Shown: positions 1 through 12,010, counted from the stretch's first letter. The stretch: DNA of 64,000 nucleotides from an uncultured Spirochaetota bacterium (GCA_963783575.1 CAWAOD010000005.1:320001-384000), one strand, 5' to 3'. Numbers and translations are program-made. The notes: generated by a model not told the origin, from the sequence alone.

Positions 1-1085
1 GGCTTAACAGCCTTAATATAAGAACTGTCGTGGTTACACCTGATTTTCCGGGATATCAAGATGAAGATGATTTCCAGGTTATACGCTTCACATCAATACC
101 ATTGCCAAGGAGAAAGCCTTACCGGCTGGGAATTTCACTGGCAAATATTAAATTAATGGAACAATTAAATTCAATTCCCTTCGATATTGTACATGCTCAT
201 TGCCCTTTTGTTACCGGACAGGTTGCCCTGGATATCGGGAAGAAGAGGGGCATTCCGGTTATTGCGACTTTTCATTCAAAATTTTATGAGGATTTTCTTC
301 AGGAAGTCAAATTTAAAACTATTGCAAAAATGTTGCTGAAACCGATAATTGATTTTTATAATCATTGTGATTTTGTATGGGCCGTAAGCGGTTCAACCGC
401 GGAAACTCTGAAAAGTTACGGCTTTAGGAAAAAAATAGAAATAATGGAAAACGGAGTGGAGACCTATAAATCCGGCAATCCTGATTCCGACCGGAATGCT
501 GTCAATGAAAAATACGGATTTGATGATAATGATCGGATACTTCTTTTTACTGGACAGCATATATGGCAGAAAAATGTAAAATTAATCCTCCAGGCACTGG
601 CAATACTAAAAAATAAGCATTTCCCATTCAAAATGATCTTTGTGGGCAGAGGTGATGCCGAACCGGAAATGAAAAAGATTGCCAGGCGTTTAAAATTTGA
701 TGAAGATGTTATTTTTGCGGGGTTTATTGAAAACAGGATATTACTGGAACAGTTGTATATTCGTTCGGATTTATTCATTTTCCCTTCATTTTATGATAAT
801 GCGCCGATTGTAGTCAGGGAAGCCGCTTACGCGGAATGCCCTTCAGTCCTTTTGAAAGGGAGTAATGCCGCGGAAATAATAGAAGATGGTATAAATGGCT
901 TTATCACTGAAAATTCTGCTGAAAGCCTTGCACATGTTATAATGAAAGCTTTTTCCGATCCTATCAAGCTTCAAAAGGTGGGAAAAAATGCGAAACTTAC
1001 TATAAGTAAACCCTGGAAAGAAGTTGTGACCGTTGTCAAGCAGAAATATTTGGAGATACTTAAGGATTGGCAGAAAAAGCAATAA
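1..1085 (+). CDS. Glycosyltransferase family 4 (diacylglycerol glucosyltransferase-like), 5' truncated by the window edge
   Basis: Frame is open from the window start. HAHCPF/TFHSKF motifs and a C-terminal GT-B D-x7-E type motif (FPSFYDNAPIVVREA). Confidence 0.85.
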   Translation, partial: LNSLNIRTVVVTPDFPGYQDEDDFQVIRFTSIPLPRRKPYRLGISLANIKLMEQLNSIPFDIVHAHCPFVTGQVALDIGKKRGIPVIATFHSKFYEDFLQEVKFKTIAKMLLKPIIDFYNHCDFVWAVSGSTAETLKSYGFRKKIEIMENGVETYKSGNPDSDRNAVNEKYGFDDNDRILLFTGQHIWQKNVKLILQALAILKNKHFPFKMIFVGRGDAEPEMKKIARRLKFDEDVIFAGFIENRILLEQLYIRSDLFIFPSFYDNAPIVVREAAYAECPSVLLKGSNAAEIIEDGINGFITENSAESLAHVIMKAFSDPIKLQKVGKNAKLTISKPWKEVVTVVKQKYLEILKDWQKKQ

Positions 1086-1102
1086 TCCACAGAAATCAGA
1101 CC

Positions 1103-1837
1103 TTAAATTTTGAATACCGAATTAAATGCAAGATATATGCCGAATCCAGCCATGAAGAACCCGCATAAAAATAAAACAGTTGAATATATTTTTATATTAA
1201 GCCATTTTTTCCCGAAGAAGGCTAAAAATGAAATCGGCGCATACCAGACGAAATCGGCAATCTCATGTCCCGAATAAAAGGCAATAATATTTGAAGGGCT
1301 TTCGAGAGAAACATGGTAATGCACCAGAAAGGCGGTTCCGATAGAAGCCCACCATATCCACCAGTAAGGATTGCTCATTGATACCAATATTCCTCCCAGA
1401 ACAGGGTTATTTATAAATGAATTTTTTATTTGATCTTTATTACTCGAGTTTGCGGCTATGTTATTTTTATTATTTTTTTGTGTCGTAATATCAGCTGTTT
1501 TATCAAATAAGTCAGTATTTATTTTTTTGGAAAAAACCTCATAAACCATGGTTATTCCAAGATATAACAGAAAACAACTTCCAAAAAAACTTATTCCCCG
1601 GATTATTAAAGTATTTTTCAATACTAATGATAAGCCGAAAAATATTAGCAGAACCAATGCCAATTCCAATACTGCATGGCCGCAAATTACAGCAATGCCA
1701 GTGAAATAACCGGTTTTATGGTTGCGAATAGATTTGGTAATCGTGTAGACCAGCAAAGGACCGGGAGCAAGTGCACCGGACAGAGCGGTTACAAATGATA
1801 ATGAGAAAATAAGCCGCCAATGATTGAATGTTTCCAT
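1103..1837 (-). CDS. LysE family translocator
   Basis: N-terminal ALSGALAPGP, central SNPYWWIWW, several TM helices. Confidence 0.85.
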   Translation of the reverse strand: METFNHWRLIFSLSFVTALSGALAPGPLLVYTITKSIRNHKTGYFTGIAVICGHAVLELALVLLIFFGLSLVLKNTLIIRGISFFGSCFLLYLGITMVYEVFSKKINTDLFDKTADITTQKNNKNNIAANSSNKDQIKNSFINNPVLGGILVSMSNPYWWIWWASIGTAFLVHYHVSLESPSNIIAFYSGHEIADFVWYAPISFLAFFGKKWLNIKIYSTVLFLCGFFMAGFGIYLAFNSVFKI

Positions 1838-2099
1838 AGATCAGTATTATAAAATTAATAAAAAATTCATGCAAGTCATCGAATTGCTTTATAAACAGAT
1901 TGTAAAGTTACATTTAATATTTTTGGAATTATTGATTCTCTATAAATTATGTAACTAACACCAAACAATATAGTTACAAACTAATATTTGCATTAAGTTA
2001 TTATAGATATTATCATAAATTCGTATATTTATAACGAAAACATGATGATTATTAAATTTTTCTATGCTGGTTATTAATATTTCAATAAAAGGAGCATTT

Positions 2100-3302
2100 A
2101 TGAAAATATGTTTAGCTTTACTGCTTTTGTTTATTCTATTAAGCTGCTCGCAAAGCATCCGTGTTACAAAAGCAGAAACGATACCTGAGCCGAAAAGTAC
2201 AGAATTATTCTCAAATGAAGAACTGGATAGTTCGATTTTTAATAAAACAGAAGCAATTCTTTTTACACAGTCCATTCAGAAAATGGCAAATCATGATTAT
2301 ACCGGAGCAGAAGCCGATTTGATAGATTTATTAGGTATGAAAACAAAAGAAAAAGTTCGTAATTATGCCAATCAAACTTTATATAGATTATATATGATTC
2401 TATCCCGCTGGGAAGATTATTATAGGATTTCTAGAGATCAAATATCAGGAACCTTTTCAAAATTACCCTATGAAGAATATATATTTCCTGAAAATTCAGT
2501 CGTAATACCATTAATAATTGGACAGCAAAATAAACTTGCAATTGATATAGATATTAACAGCCGTAAAAAAAGGTTTTTAATTGATACGGGTGCTACATTG
2601 ACGGTTGTTTCATCATCAATTCTAAATGATTGTAATTTGAAGCGGCTGATAGAGGATAATTCATTAAAAAACGGTACAATAACGGAAAAAAAAGTTAATA
2701 TTTCACCAACCTGCATCGATATTATGAAAATAGGAAAACTTGAAATACATAATATACCGGCAGAAATAATTCAAGCTAATAATTTCATGGATAACGGTTT
2801 CATATATGATGGAATTATCGGCTGGGATTTAATTCAGCATTTAACCCTGGAATTGGATTGTAAAAATAAATTGCTAACCCTATCAAAACCCGAAGAAAAA
2901 GAAAATTCGAAAAATAATCTATATAACCTTGGCTGGTTCCCGGTAGTTCAAATGGTAGACCATAAAGGTACAGTATTTTATTTTGAATTGGATACAGGTG
3001 CTTATGCAACTTTATTAATGAGCCACTATTTTACTAAAATTCCCGATAAAAATATATCAAAAGAGGTATTGTATATAACCGGCCTGGGAGGATATGATAA
3101 TTATATGGCCAGGTATGTAATAGATGTAAATTTAATTATCGGGGAATTTAATGTTTATTTCACAAAATTAGTGGAACATCCTCAATTTAAACAATTTATT
3201 CCTCTTGATGGAATTTTAGGAATGGATATTATTCAAAACAAAGATCATAAAATAATCATTGACAATTTGAACGGCAGATTTGATATAATGGACGCCGAAT
3301 AG
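2100..3302 (+). CDS. Lipoprotein with two retropepsin-like aspartyl protease domains
   Basis: RBS GGAG then ATG at 2100; lipobox-like LLSC; two DTGA motifs, each followed by a DGI(I/L)G motif. Confidence 0.8.
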   Translation: MKICLALLLLFILLSCSQSIRVTKAETIPEPKSTELFSNEELDSSIFNKTEAILFTQSIQKMANHDYTGAEADLIDLLGMKTKEKVRNYANQTLYRLYMILSRWEDYYRISRDQISGTFSKLPYEEYIFPENSVVIPLIIGQQNKLAIDIDINSRKKRFLIDTGATLTVVSSSILNDCNLKRLIEDNSLKNGTITEKKVNISPTCIDIMKIGKLEIHNIPAEIIQANNFMDNGFIYDGIIGWDLIQHLTLELDCKNKLLTLSKPEEKENSKNNLYNLGWFPVVQMVDHKGTVFYFELDTGAYATLLMSHYFTKIPDKNISKEVLYITGLGGYDNYMARYVIDVNLIIGEFNVYFTKLVEHPQFKQFIPLDGILGMDIIQNKDHKIIIDNLNGRFDIMDAE

Positions 3303-3379
3303 GAAATTAAAAATCTTTATTTGATTTTTTGCCGCAATTATTAAAAATGATTAAATTATTCTATTGCGGGGTTATTAAA

Positions 3380-4406
3380 TTGAAAGCAATGGTTTTGAAA
3401 GAAATTGCCGGACTTAACAAAAATAAAAATCCGCTTATTATGGAATATTTTCCGGATCCTGTTCCTGGTGAAAAAGAGATTCTGATACAAGTTTCAGTAT
3501 GCGGCATATGTCACACTGAGGCTCGATGAAATCGAGGGAAGGACGAAACCTTCGTTTTTCCCGATTATTCCAGGCCATCAGATCATCGGCAGGGTTATAA
3601 TGAGAGGAAATGGGGCTGATAAATTTAAAACAGGCGATAGGGTAGGGGTTGCTTGGATTTATTCATCCTGCGGAAAATGTAGTTATTGCCTGAACGGAAT
3701 GGAGAATCTTTGTCCTGAATTTAAAGCGACAGGCAGGGACTCGAATGGCGGATATGCCGAATATACAGTTGTAAATGAAGATTTTATTTATCCCATCCCG
3801 GAAAGTTTTACAGACGAAGAAGCAGCACCGTTATTATGTGCGGGAGCAATTGGATACCGCAGTATAATATTGACAGGAATTAAAGACGGTCAAAATCTCG
3901 GTTTAACAGGCTTCGGAGGTTCGGCACACCTGGTTTTAAAAACAGTAAAATACCTTTACCCCAATACTAAGATTTTTGTATATGCTAGAAGACCGGAGGA
4001 ACGCCAATTTGCGATGGGACTTGGCGCTTCCTGGGCGGGTGATATCCATGAAGATGCCCCTGAAAAACAAGAAGCTATAATCGATACTACTCCCATCTGG
4101 AAAACCGTGGTTGAATCATTGAAGAATCTTATGCCCGGCGGAAGGCTGGTAATCAATGCCATCCGAAAGGAAGACACCGATAAAGAAAGCCTCCTTGGGC
4201 TGGATTATGCCCGTCATTTATGGATGGAAAAAGAAATAAAAAGCGTTGCAAATGTAACCAGGAAAGATGTAAGAGATTTTCTCGAACTTGCGGCCAAAAT
4301 ACCAATAAAGCCGGAAATTCAGGTTTATCCGCTTGAAGATGCAAACCGGGCATTGCTGGAATTGAAAGGAAGCAGGATCAGGGGGTCAAAGGTTCTCAAG
4401 TTATAA
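3380..4406 (+). pseudogene. Zinc-dependent alcohol dehydrogenase with a +1 frameshift near 3520
   Basis: CGICHTE in the first frame; removing one G gives LDEIEGR...PGHQIIG, which joins ORF 3600-4406 (CGKCSYC...C). Could be an assembly indel. Confidence 0.85.
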
Positions 4407-4488
4407 GCATAGAGCTGTGTGACATCTTGGTCAATTGTTATAGATATTTTAAACAATAAACAGGTCGAAATGCCGGCTGGTTTTGACA

Positions 4489-5475
4489 TTACAGTCCGAA
4501 GACACCGGCAACTACATCAAGAAATGAATTTTCGGGAAGTATTGCTTTCAATAGAGGAAGCATTGTCGCCTGTATGAATGAGCCTGAAATGTAATGAATT
4601 TTAGGTTTTTGAGTCTCTATAATTGTTAATAATTTTTTTGAGACGGTAAAAGGAGAAGGTGCAATGATATGATTGGTTATAAATATTTCCCACAAAATCT
4701 TTACCCTGCTGTAATACGGCGAATTTTTTGACGCCGGGACTTCATCGATCATTTTTTGAATATCGGTGGAAAGCATTCCTTTTTTACAATACCTGGCAAC
4801 CATATTAGCATCTATCGATGTGTTAATATCGCCGGGAAGCAATGAAGAAACAAGTATGTTAAACTGTTTCAATTCCGTATAAAGTGATTCGGTAATTCTT
4901 TCCATTCCTGATTTTGAGGCTGAATAAAAGGAAGTGAATGGAAGTCCTGCAATCGATGCAAGAGAAGTCGTATTTATAATAAACCCGCTCATCCGTTTTC
5001 TCATATAAGGAAGAACAGCTTTTATTGTGCGTATGTGGCCGAAATAATTAACTTCAAACATTTTCTTAATATCTTCAAAATTTGTTTCCTCGAAAGAACC
5101 GAGGCCAGCAATTCCTGCATTATTTACAAGTATGTCCACAGGTCCCGATGATTCTATCTTTTCAACAGCTTTGATAACAGAGGCATCATCGGTAATATCC
5201 ATCGAAACATATTTAATTTTATTTAAATAATCGTCTAAATTTTTTATTATCATTTCAGGGGCGATGCATTTACCGGTTAGAACTTCGTTTTTCTTTGAGC
5301 CGGTTAGCCGGTATTTTGTATGATCGCGGATAAATATTTCCTTAAGTATTTTTAAATCAATATTCTCAGCATTTCTTGATGTTCCCGTAATATTATACCC
5401 TTTTGAGGCTAAGTAAATTGCATGCGATAAACCGAGTCCCGATGAAGCGCCCGTTATCAATATTTTCTTCGACAT
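4489..5475 (-). CDS. Short-chain dehydrogenase/reductase
   Basis: TGASSGLG, NNAG and YSASK motifs; about 50-aa insertion after the first Rossmann strands. Confidence 0.88.
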   Translation of the reverse strand: MSKKILITGASSGLGLSHAIYLASKGYNITGTSRNAENIDLKILKEIFIRDHTKYRLTGSKKNEVLTGKCIAPEMIIKNLDDYLNKIKYVSMDITDDASVIKAVEKIESSGPVDILVNNAGIAGLGSFEETNFEDIKKMFEVNYFGHIRTIKAVLPYMRKRMSGFIINTTSLASIAGLPFTSFYSASKSGMERITESLYTELKQFNILVSSLLPGDINTSIDANMVARYCKKGMLSTDIQKMIDEVPASKNSPYYSRVKILWEIFITNHIIAPSPFTVSKKLLTIIETQKPKIHYISGSFIQATMLPLLKAILPENSFLDVVAGVFGL

Positions 5476-5598
5476 AAATTTACCCTTCTGACAAAAATTA
5501 TAATGGAAATTATAGATTGTCATTAATAAAATGTCAAAAGGAAATATTTTTATTTGTGTTATTACCTTTAATTTTCGGGTAGAATTTTTAGCTTCGCT

Positions 5599-6455
5599 TT
5601 ATTTAATCTTCTCCGGTAAGCTCCATTTTATTTCAGGTTTTTTATAGTTTATTTCTTTTAAAAACTTATATATACCGAAACCAAATACAGAAACTGCAAA
5701 AATTGAAAATCCTTTTTCCAATTTATAATATTTTTCAATAACCTTATGAGCATATTGTACATAACCAACAATGAAACTATTAATATTAATGGTTTCACCG
5801 AACAGCATCATATATTGCTGAGCGGCTATGCAATCATCTTTTGAGTTGGGGCTTCCCGTCGGTGCCGCTATGCAAACAATATATTTTGAATTTCTGAATA
5901 ACTTGTCATTTCCTTTTTTAATTCATCTATTAAATTTTTGAAACTTAAAATTAGATCTGATAATTCTTGATAAGCTGGTTTATCGTAAAGGGCAATCAAT
6001 TTTAAAACAAGAGAGTTTAGCATTACTAACAGGCTTTTATATATTTAGATTTAATTATTTCGATATCATTATCATTTGTAATTACTATATATTTTCTGTT
6101 TCTTAAATTGTGTGAAGCTGTGGCTTTTTCTCCATATTGTATTAATTCTTCTATTTGATTATTTTGTAATCTATCATTTTTAAAACTTCTTACTGATCGT
6201 TCTTATGAAAAAGCAATTTATCATATTCAAGATTCACAGTTCATTTGGTGCAATTGCATCTTCCGGACAAATAACGGCATAGTGCCCGCAAGAAATACAA
6301 AGATTATTATTGATTATTTCCACTGAATCTTTTTTGAGAATCAATACATCCTCAGGGCATCCTAAACACATATTCCGCATTTTATGCATCTGGCATCATC
6401 AATTATTATATTATTCATTATTAATATCCTCACAGCAGCTATTATTTTTAAACAT
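5599..6455 (-). pseudogene. Decayed nitroreductase-family protein with an N-terminal 4Fe-4S dicluster domain
   Basis: Minus-strand fragments CIKCGICLGCPEDV and CISCGHYAVICPEDAI; nitroreductase-like C-terminal fragment (ORF 5599-5811); multiple stops and frameshifts. Confidence 0.65.
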
Positions 6456-6472
6456 GCTATCCTTTTTTATAT

Positions 6473-7026
6473 TCATTGATTTTCAGGTTCAAGTTCTTTC
6501 AAAGATTTGATTAATTCATAAATCCAGTCAATTTCATTCTTATAATATTGAATTCCGTTCTCCAGTATAAGCCTCTACAATTTTTTTTCTTTTTCACCTG
6601 ATGCGATACTATAGGCCTGCTTAATATGCTCAGGATTGGTATAAGTTTCAAGTATTTTTAAAATAAGGGTTTCATAGTCTCTTAAAAATTTAACTATTTT
6701 TCCGGTATCCATCCCTGCCATAAATGATAATTGAAGCAATTGAGAGTGCCTGATTTCATGTAATTCGGCCGGTTTCTGTAGCCATTGATAAAATGATTCT
6801 TTACCCAGATCCGTTATATAATAAACTTTTTTGTTAGGTTTCCCAGCTTGGTATTCGATTTCGCAGTCAATAAGCTTCTTTTTGTGGAGTTTTTTTAACA
6901 TACGGTATATTTGAGTATGTTCTGTCGACCAATAATGTTTGAGGCCATGATTAAATATTTTCATAATATCATATCCGGAAAGGGATATCGATCTATCAGA
7001 CCTAAAATTGCATGCTGTACAGACAT
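6473..7026 (-). pseudogene. PadR-family transcriptional regulator, disrupted
   Basis: RBS plus MSVQHAILGLI at 7026; frameshift at about 6983 into SGYDI...QIYRML...NKKVYYITDLG; in-frame TAG at 6575-6577 followed by RLILENGIQYYKNEIDWI. Confidence 0.8.
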
Positions 7027-7209
7027 TAATTTCTCCATATATGTGTATATACATCTGAAAATATTAAATCTGTCAAGCTTAATTTTAAAATTTTCAATAT
7101 GAATATTTGACAGTGAACCGATTATGTACAGACTGGAATTTTATATAATAATTGATTAATATATATATAGTAGGTATTACTAAAACTATTACTAAAGAAA
7201 GGAGGTTAT

Positions 7210-7584
7210 ATGGATAAGGTGGTTCATTTTGAGATTCCTTTTGATAACAAAAAGAGATCTCTGAAATTTTATTCCGATATTTTCGGGTGGAAGTTACAGG
7301 ATATTCCTGAAATGGAATATGTGATGGCTTATGCCGCTAATACCGACAAGAACAATATGGTGACAGATAAGGGAGCAATCAACGGCGGCATGTTCCTGAG
7401 AAATGACCAGGCCAAAGCTCCGATTGTAGTCATCGGGGTCGATTCGATCGATGAGACTGTCAGGAAAGTAGTCGCTGCAGGCGGAAAAGTGATTACTCCA
7501 AAGCAGTCAATACCTAACGGCTCTTACGCGAGGGTGGCAGACAGCGAAGGAAATGTCATCGGGCTTGCTGACAGTAATAAATAA
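7210..7584 (+). CDS. VOC/glyoxalase family protein
   Basis: VVHFEIP...FYSDIFGW...INGG...DSEGNVIGL; GGAGG RBS. Confidence 0.9.
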   Translation: MDKVVHFEIPFDNKKRSLKFYSDIFGWKLQDIPEMEYVMAYAANTDKNNMVTDKGAINGGMFLRNDQAKAPIVVIGVDSIDETVRKVVAAGGKVITPKQSIPNGSYARVADSEGNVIGLADSNK

Positions 7585-8402
7585 TACCGCAAAGTTGAAA
7601 AAATTGTTGGGAAGAACGGTCTTCCGCCGGATTGAATTATATTTGCAATTATATTAAAACAATATATCGGGATAAAAACTTTATTCATTTGAAGGAAAAC
7701 CTGTCCGGTCTTGCATCCCTGTTCAGAAAGGTAAAACAATTGGCGTTAATATGAGCGGTTCTTCCTAAGGAAGCTGCGCTTCTTTCCATAAATGAAAGCC
7801 ACATAGCAAAACAGGTCTTCAGGTATATTCAATAAGCTTTTCTGAGAAGATAATAAAGAAATGAATACCGGTAATATTCATGGGTTGGCGCCATTAGACC
7901 AAATTACGGGGATGATTTCAATCCCAATAATAATCCGCTTTTTGACAGCAAGCTCAGAAGCATGGTATCTATGATTTCAATGACAAATGAGCCGGATAGC
8001 CCAAAAAAGGACTTTTAAGATAATTTCCAGCCACTGGCAGTAAAAGTTATGCAAAGGAAACCACCGTAAAGTATGGAATCGGCTTTGAACAATTAAGTTT
8101 ACTGGAAAGCGAGGAGAGATTTCCACAACGCGGGCGTTCCCCAAGATTCACTATTCTCAAGGATTTCATATGGGAGGACAATATCTCTTGTTTTTTTCCA
8201 GTGTTTGATGCATTCCTTCGGCAATCTTCTAATCCATCAGCGGAGCTGCTCCAGATGATCCTAAACTTTGATAAATGTCTCCTGTGTTAAAACACCCGAA
8301 GCATATATATCTTTCGTTAAAGAAATAAACGTATCTGATGACCATATCTTGAAACATGTAATAAGGTGACAAAAATTAAAAATATTTTTTTGAGCCTCTT
8401 AT

Positions 8403-8436
8403 AAAACAAAAAGGCGGCTGCCGAATGAGCCGCCTT
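8403..8436 (-). terminator. Rho-independent terminator after serA
   Basis: AAGGCGGCT-8nt-AGCCGCCTT hairpin followed by a T-tract on the minus strand. Confidence 0.75.
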
Positions 8437-8472
8437 AATTATAAATTTATTATGGATCAAGCATCACGCTTG

Positions 8473-9639
8473 TTAATCAATAAGTCTGACCATAATTATG
8501 CCTTCCACTGCCTTGAGCTTATTAATAGTAGTTTCCGCCGGCTTATTGTCTACATCGATAATATTATATGCCAGTTCATCCCTGTGCTTATTTAACAGAT
8601 CGGCAATGTTGATCTTTTCTTCGGCAAGAATTGTTGTTACCTGGCCGACCATATTTGGAATATTCCTATTCGCAATGATTATCCTTGGATTTTTTGTCTT
8701 ATCCATACGGCATTCCGGAAAATTAACTGAATTTTTTATGTTTCCGGTTTCCAGAAAATCCTTAATCTGGTTAACAGCCATAATAGCGCAGTTGTCCTCC
8801 GCTTCGGGTGTTGATGCCCCAAGGTGCGGAATGTTGATGACACCTTCGGTTTTAAGCAATTCTTCGTCCGGAAAATCTGTAACATAAGCTTCAACTATTT
8901 TATCTTCTATGGCTTTCTTTAGATCGTTGTTATTCACAAGTCCGCCGCGTGAAAAATTGAGAAGGCGGACGCCTTTCTTCATAATCGCAAACTTTTCAGC
9001 ATTCAACATTCCTTTAGTTTTATCGTCAAGTGGAACGTGAATGGTAATATAATCCGAATTAGCAAAGATGCTGTCCAGACTGGTAGCTTTTTTAATCTGG
9101 TTTGAAAGTCCCCAGGCAGCGTCGATTGATATGTTAGTATCGTATCCCGATACTTTCATACCAAGGGCATGAGCGTCATTTGCTACTAAAACGCCAATTG
9201 CTCCAAGCCCGATTACGCCTAGCCTCTTGCCCCTAATTTCAGGGCCTTCGAATTTGGATTTACCATCCTCAATTAATTTCGGTACCGCATCACCCTTGCC
9301 GATCAATGTAGTCGCCCAGGACATTGCTTGGAAAATCTTGCGTGATGAAAGAAAAAGACCTGTTAATACCAGTTCTTTAACGGCATTTGCGTTGGCACCC
9401 GGGGTATTGAAAACAACGATGCCTTTATCGCTGCATTTGGGAATATTGATGTTGTTTACCCCGGCTCCGGCACGGGCAATAGCTTTAAGGCTCTGCGGGA
9501 ACTCCATATCATTCATTTTAAAACTGCGTACAAGGATCCCGTCGGGATTAACAAATTCAGTAGCGACCTCATAATTGTCCCTCGGAAAAAGATCAAGGCC
9601 AAGCGGTGAAATTTTATTGAGCGTTTGTATTTTAAACAT
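8473..9639 (-). CDS. serA: D-3-phosphoglycerate dehydrogenase with ACT domain
   Basis: RAGAGVNNI, GLGAIG and PHLGAST motifs; C-terminal ACT domain; directly downstream of serC. Confidence 0.93.
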   Translation of the reverse strand: MFKIQTLNKISPLGLDLFPRDNYEVATEFVNPDGILVRSFKMNDMEFPQSLKAIARAGAGVNNINIPKCSDKGIVVFNTPGANANAVKELVLTGLFLSSRKIFQAMSWATTLIGKGDAVPKLIEDGKSKFEGPEIRGKRLGVIGLGAIGVLVANDAHALGMKVSGYDTNISIDAAWGLSNQIKKATSLDSIFANSDYITIHVPLDDKTKGMLNAEKFAIMKKGVRLLNFSRGGLVNNNDLKKAIEDKIVEAYVTDFPDEELLKTEGVINIPHLGASTPEAEDNCAIMAVNQIKDFLETGNIKNSVNFPECRMDKTKNPRIIIANRNIPNMVGQVTTILAEEKINIADLLNKHRDELAYNIIDVDNKPAETTINKLKAVEGIIMVRLID

Positions 9640-9649
9640 AGAGCCCCTC

Positions 9650-10726
9650 CTATTTATTGTTTTTTTCAAATTCTTTCATAAACTCGACAAGCTTTTTAAC
9701 CCCTTCAACCGGCATTGCGTTATAAATACTTGCCCTCATTCCGCCAACAGTTCGGTGGCCTGCCAGGTTTACAAATCCTATCGGTTCGGCTTCCTTCAGA
9801 AATTTAGCGTTCAATTCATCGGTTGGAAGTACAAAAGGTATGTTCATAAGCGATCTGTCTTCTTTTCTTACCGTGCCTTTAAACATAGAAGATTGATCAA
9901 GGTAATTATAAAGGATTCCGGCTTTTTCAATGTTGATCTTTTCAATGGCTTTTACGCCTCCGAGTTCTTTTACCCATTCCAGGACAAACTTCATCATATA
10001 AATACTGTAGCAAGGCGGTGTATTATACAGTGACTTGTTTTTTGCATGTATCGAATACTGGAGCATTGTCGGTGTAGTGCTTCTATGCTTTCCGATAAGG
10101 TCATTCCTGATTATAACAACCGTCAAACCGGCGGGTCCCAGGTTTTTCTGAGCACCGGCATAGATAAGCGCAAATTTCTTAATATCCATTTCCTGTGAAA
10201 GGATATTCGAGGACATGTCTGCAACCAGCGGGATATTTCCGGTGTCAGGTATTTTTGTATAACGTGTTCCGTATATCGTGTTATTTGTTGTGATATGTAT
10301 ATATTTCGAATTCTGATTTACTTTTGGGAATTCAGGAATATAAGTAAAATTCTTATCCTTGGAAGAAGCCGTTACCTTTACATTACAGAATCTTTGAGCT
10401 TCCTCAATCGCTTTTGCAGCCCAATGGCCAGTTTCGATAAAATCGGCGGAATCATCCTGGTTAGCTAGATTCAAAGGTACCATTGCAAACTGCAGCGAAG
10501 CGCCTCCCTGCAGGAATAAAACAGTATAGTTCTCAGGAATTCCCATCAGTTCCCTTAGATAAACCTCCGCTTTATTGTGTATATCTTCATAAACTTTGGA
10601 GCGGTGGCTCATTTCCATAACAGACATACCGGCATTACCGTAATTGACCAGCTCGGAAGCGGCTTTTTTCAACACAGCTTCAGGCAGCATGGATGGCCCG
10701 GCAGAAAAATTGTAAACTCTTTCCAT
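9650..10726 (-). CDS. serC: Phosphoserine aminotransferase
   Basis: NFSAGP, EMSHRS, GAQKNLG and GHRTVGGMRASIYNA motifs. Confidence 0.97.
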   Translation of the reverse strand: MERVYNFSAGPSMLPEAVLKKAASELVNYGNAGMSVMEMSHRSKVYEDIHNKAEVYLRELMGIPENYTVLFLQGGASLQFAMVPLNLANQDDSADFIETGHWAAKAIEEAQRFCNVKVTASSKDKNFTYIPEFPKVNQNSKYIHITTNNTIYGTRYTKIPDTGNIPLVADMSSNILSQEMDIKKFALIYAGAQKNLGPAGLTVVIIRNDLIGKHRSTTPTMLQYSIHAKNKSLYNTPPCYSIYMMKFVLEWVKELGGVKAIEKINIEKAGILYNYLDQSSMFKGTVRKEDRSLMNIPFVLPTDELNAKFLKEAEPIGFVNLAGHRTVGGMRASIYNAMPVEGVKKLVEFMKEFEKNNK

Positions 10727-10895
10727 ACATTTTCTCCTTAATATTATTCTTTTTTTTAAGAGTCATAAAAACTAATAGAACTCTAACTTCATCCACAACG
10801 TAAACATTTCAGAAACATCCGGTTTAATGTTTTTGATTACTATGGAGCGAAATTAACAATTCCCTTTATTCCTCCAGAGATCCATTATTTAATTG

Positions 10896-11243
10896 TTATT
10901 TATTCTTCTCAAGCTCATCTATAAAATTTAATAAATTATCGCGGACAATAACAAAAGAAGGGCCGCCTCCAAACTCTATTCCTACAGAAGCGGCTTCTAA
11001 TATTTCAGCCCGTGTTGCACCTGAAGCAATTGCATTATTCGTATGAGTAACAAGGCAAGGTAAACAACGTGTTGCCACAGATGCTGTTACGGCCATCAAT
11101 TCTTTTATTTTACGATCCAGGATGCCATGCTTATAATAGATTTTCATCATTTCATTAAAACCATTAAAAAGATCCGGCGCTTCTTCTTCCATTCTTTTTC
11201 TGTTTTTTTCCCTATTTTTTAAAATCTCATCCGCACTTTCCAT
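10896..11243 (-). CDS. Carboxymuconolactone decarboxylase/AhpD family protein
   Basis: LDRKIKEL...CLPCLVTH...GATRAEILEA. Confidence 0.85.
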   Translation of the reverse strand: MESADEILKNREKNRKRMEEEAPDLFNGFNEMMKIYYKHGILDRKIKELMAVTASVATRCLPCLVTHTNNAIASGATRAEILEAASVGIEFGGGPSFVIVRDNLLNFIDELEKNK

Positions 11244-11333
11244 ATTGTTCTCCTTATCATATTATTAAGACTCTATGAAAAAGTGATTAATACTAGAAAG
11301 CTTAGTTTAATAAATACTTATATATACTTTTTA

Positions 11334-11954
11334 TTAACCCTTATGAGCGATTAAAATAAATTGATCATAACTTCTAATATTGCCATCTTTATCCGGTCTT
11401 TTAACTATATTATATTTATATATATTATCAACAAATAAATTACTATTATTAAACATCCCCTTTATTTCTTCTATTTCAAATCCATTATGTTCCACTTTCT
11501 CCAACCCATGGAAACTGCCATCTTCTTTATACAAATCTCCTATGACAATACATCCGTTTTCTCTTAACAAACTATGTAATATATTTAATACATTAGGAAT
11601 ATTTTTTATATGATGAAATGTCATTGAGGAAATAATCAAATCAAAACTTGACTGACTTATTTTTAATTTTTCTATATCACCTTCCATAATTTCAATATTT
11701 TTCAAACCGGCATTATAAACCTTTGTTTTTAATACTGAAAGCATTGCTTTTGAATTATCGATCATTAAAATTGAATTCACTAAAGATGAAAAAGATAAAC
11801 CTGCTAATCCTGTACCGCAGCCAAAATCTAATAATCTTAAATCGTTCTTAATCTGCACTTTCTTTTTTACTTCATCAGAAAATTTTTTTGATATTTCTAC
11901 ATAAAGAGGATTACAATCCCACATTTTTGATTTTTCTTCAAAATTATCAGTCAT
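11334..11954 (-). CDS. Class I SAM-dependent methyltransferase
   Basis: LLDFGCGTG and FDLIISSMTFHH motifs. Confidence 0.88.
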   Translation of the reverse strand: MTDNFEEKSKMWDCNPLYVEISKKFSDEVKKKVQIKNDLRLLDFGCGTGLAGLSFSSLVNSILMIDNSKAMLSVLKTKVYNAGLKNIEIMEGDIEKLKISQSSFDLIISSMTFHHIKNIPNVLNILHSLLRENGCIVIGDLYKEDGSFHGLEKVEHNGFEIEEIKGMFNNSNLFVDNIYKYNIVKRPDKDGNIRSYDQFILIAHKG

Positions 11955-12010
11955 AAATATTTTTCCTCAAATTAATTTTAATAAAAAATAACATGGACCT
12001 TTTGGTAAAT

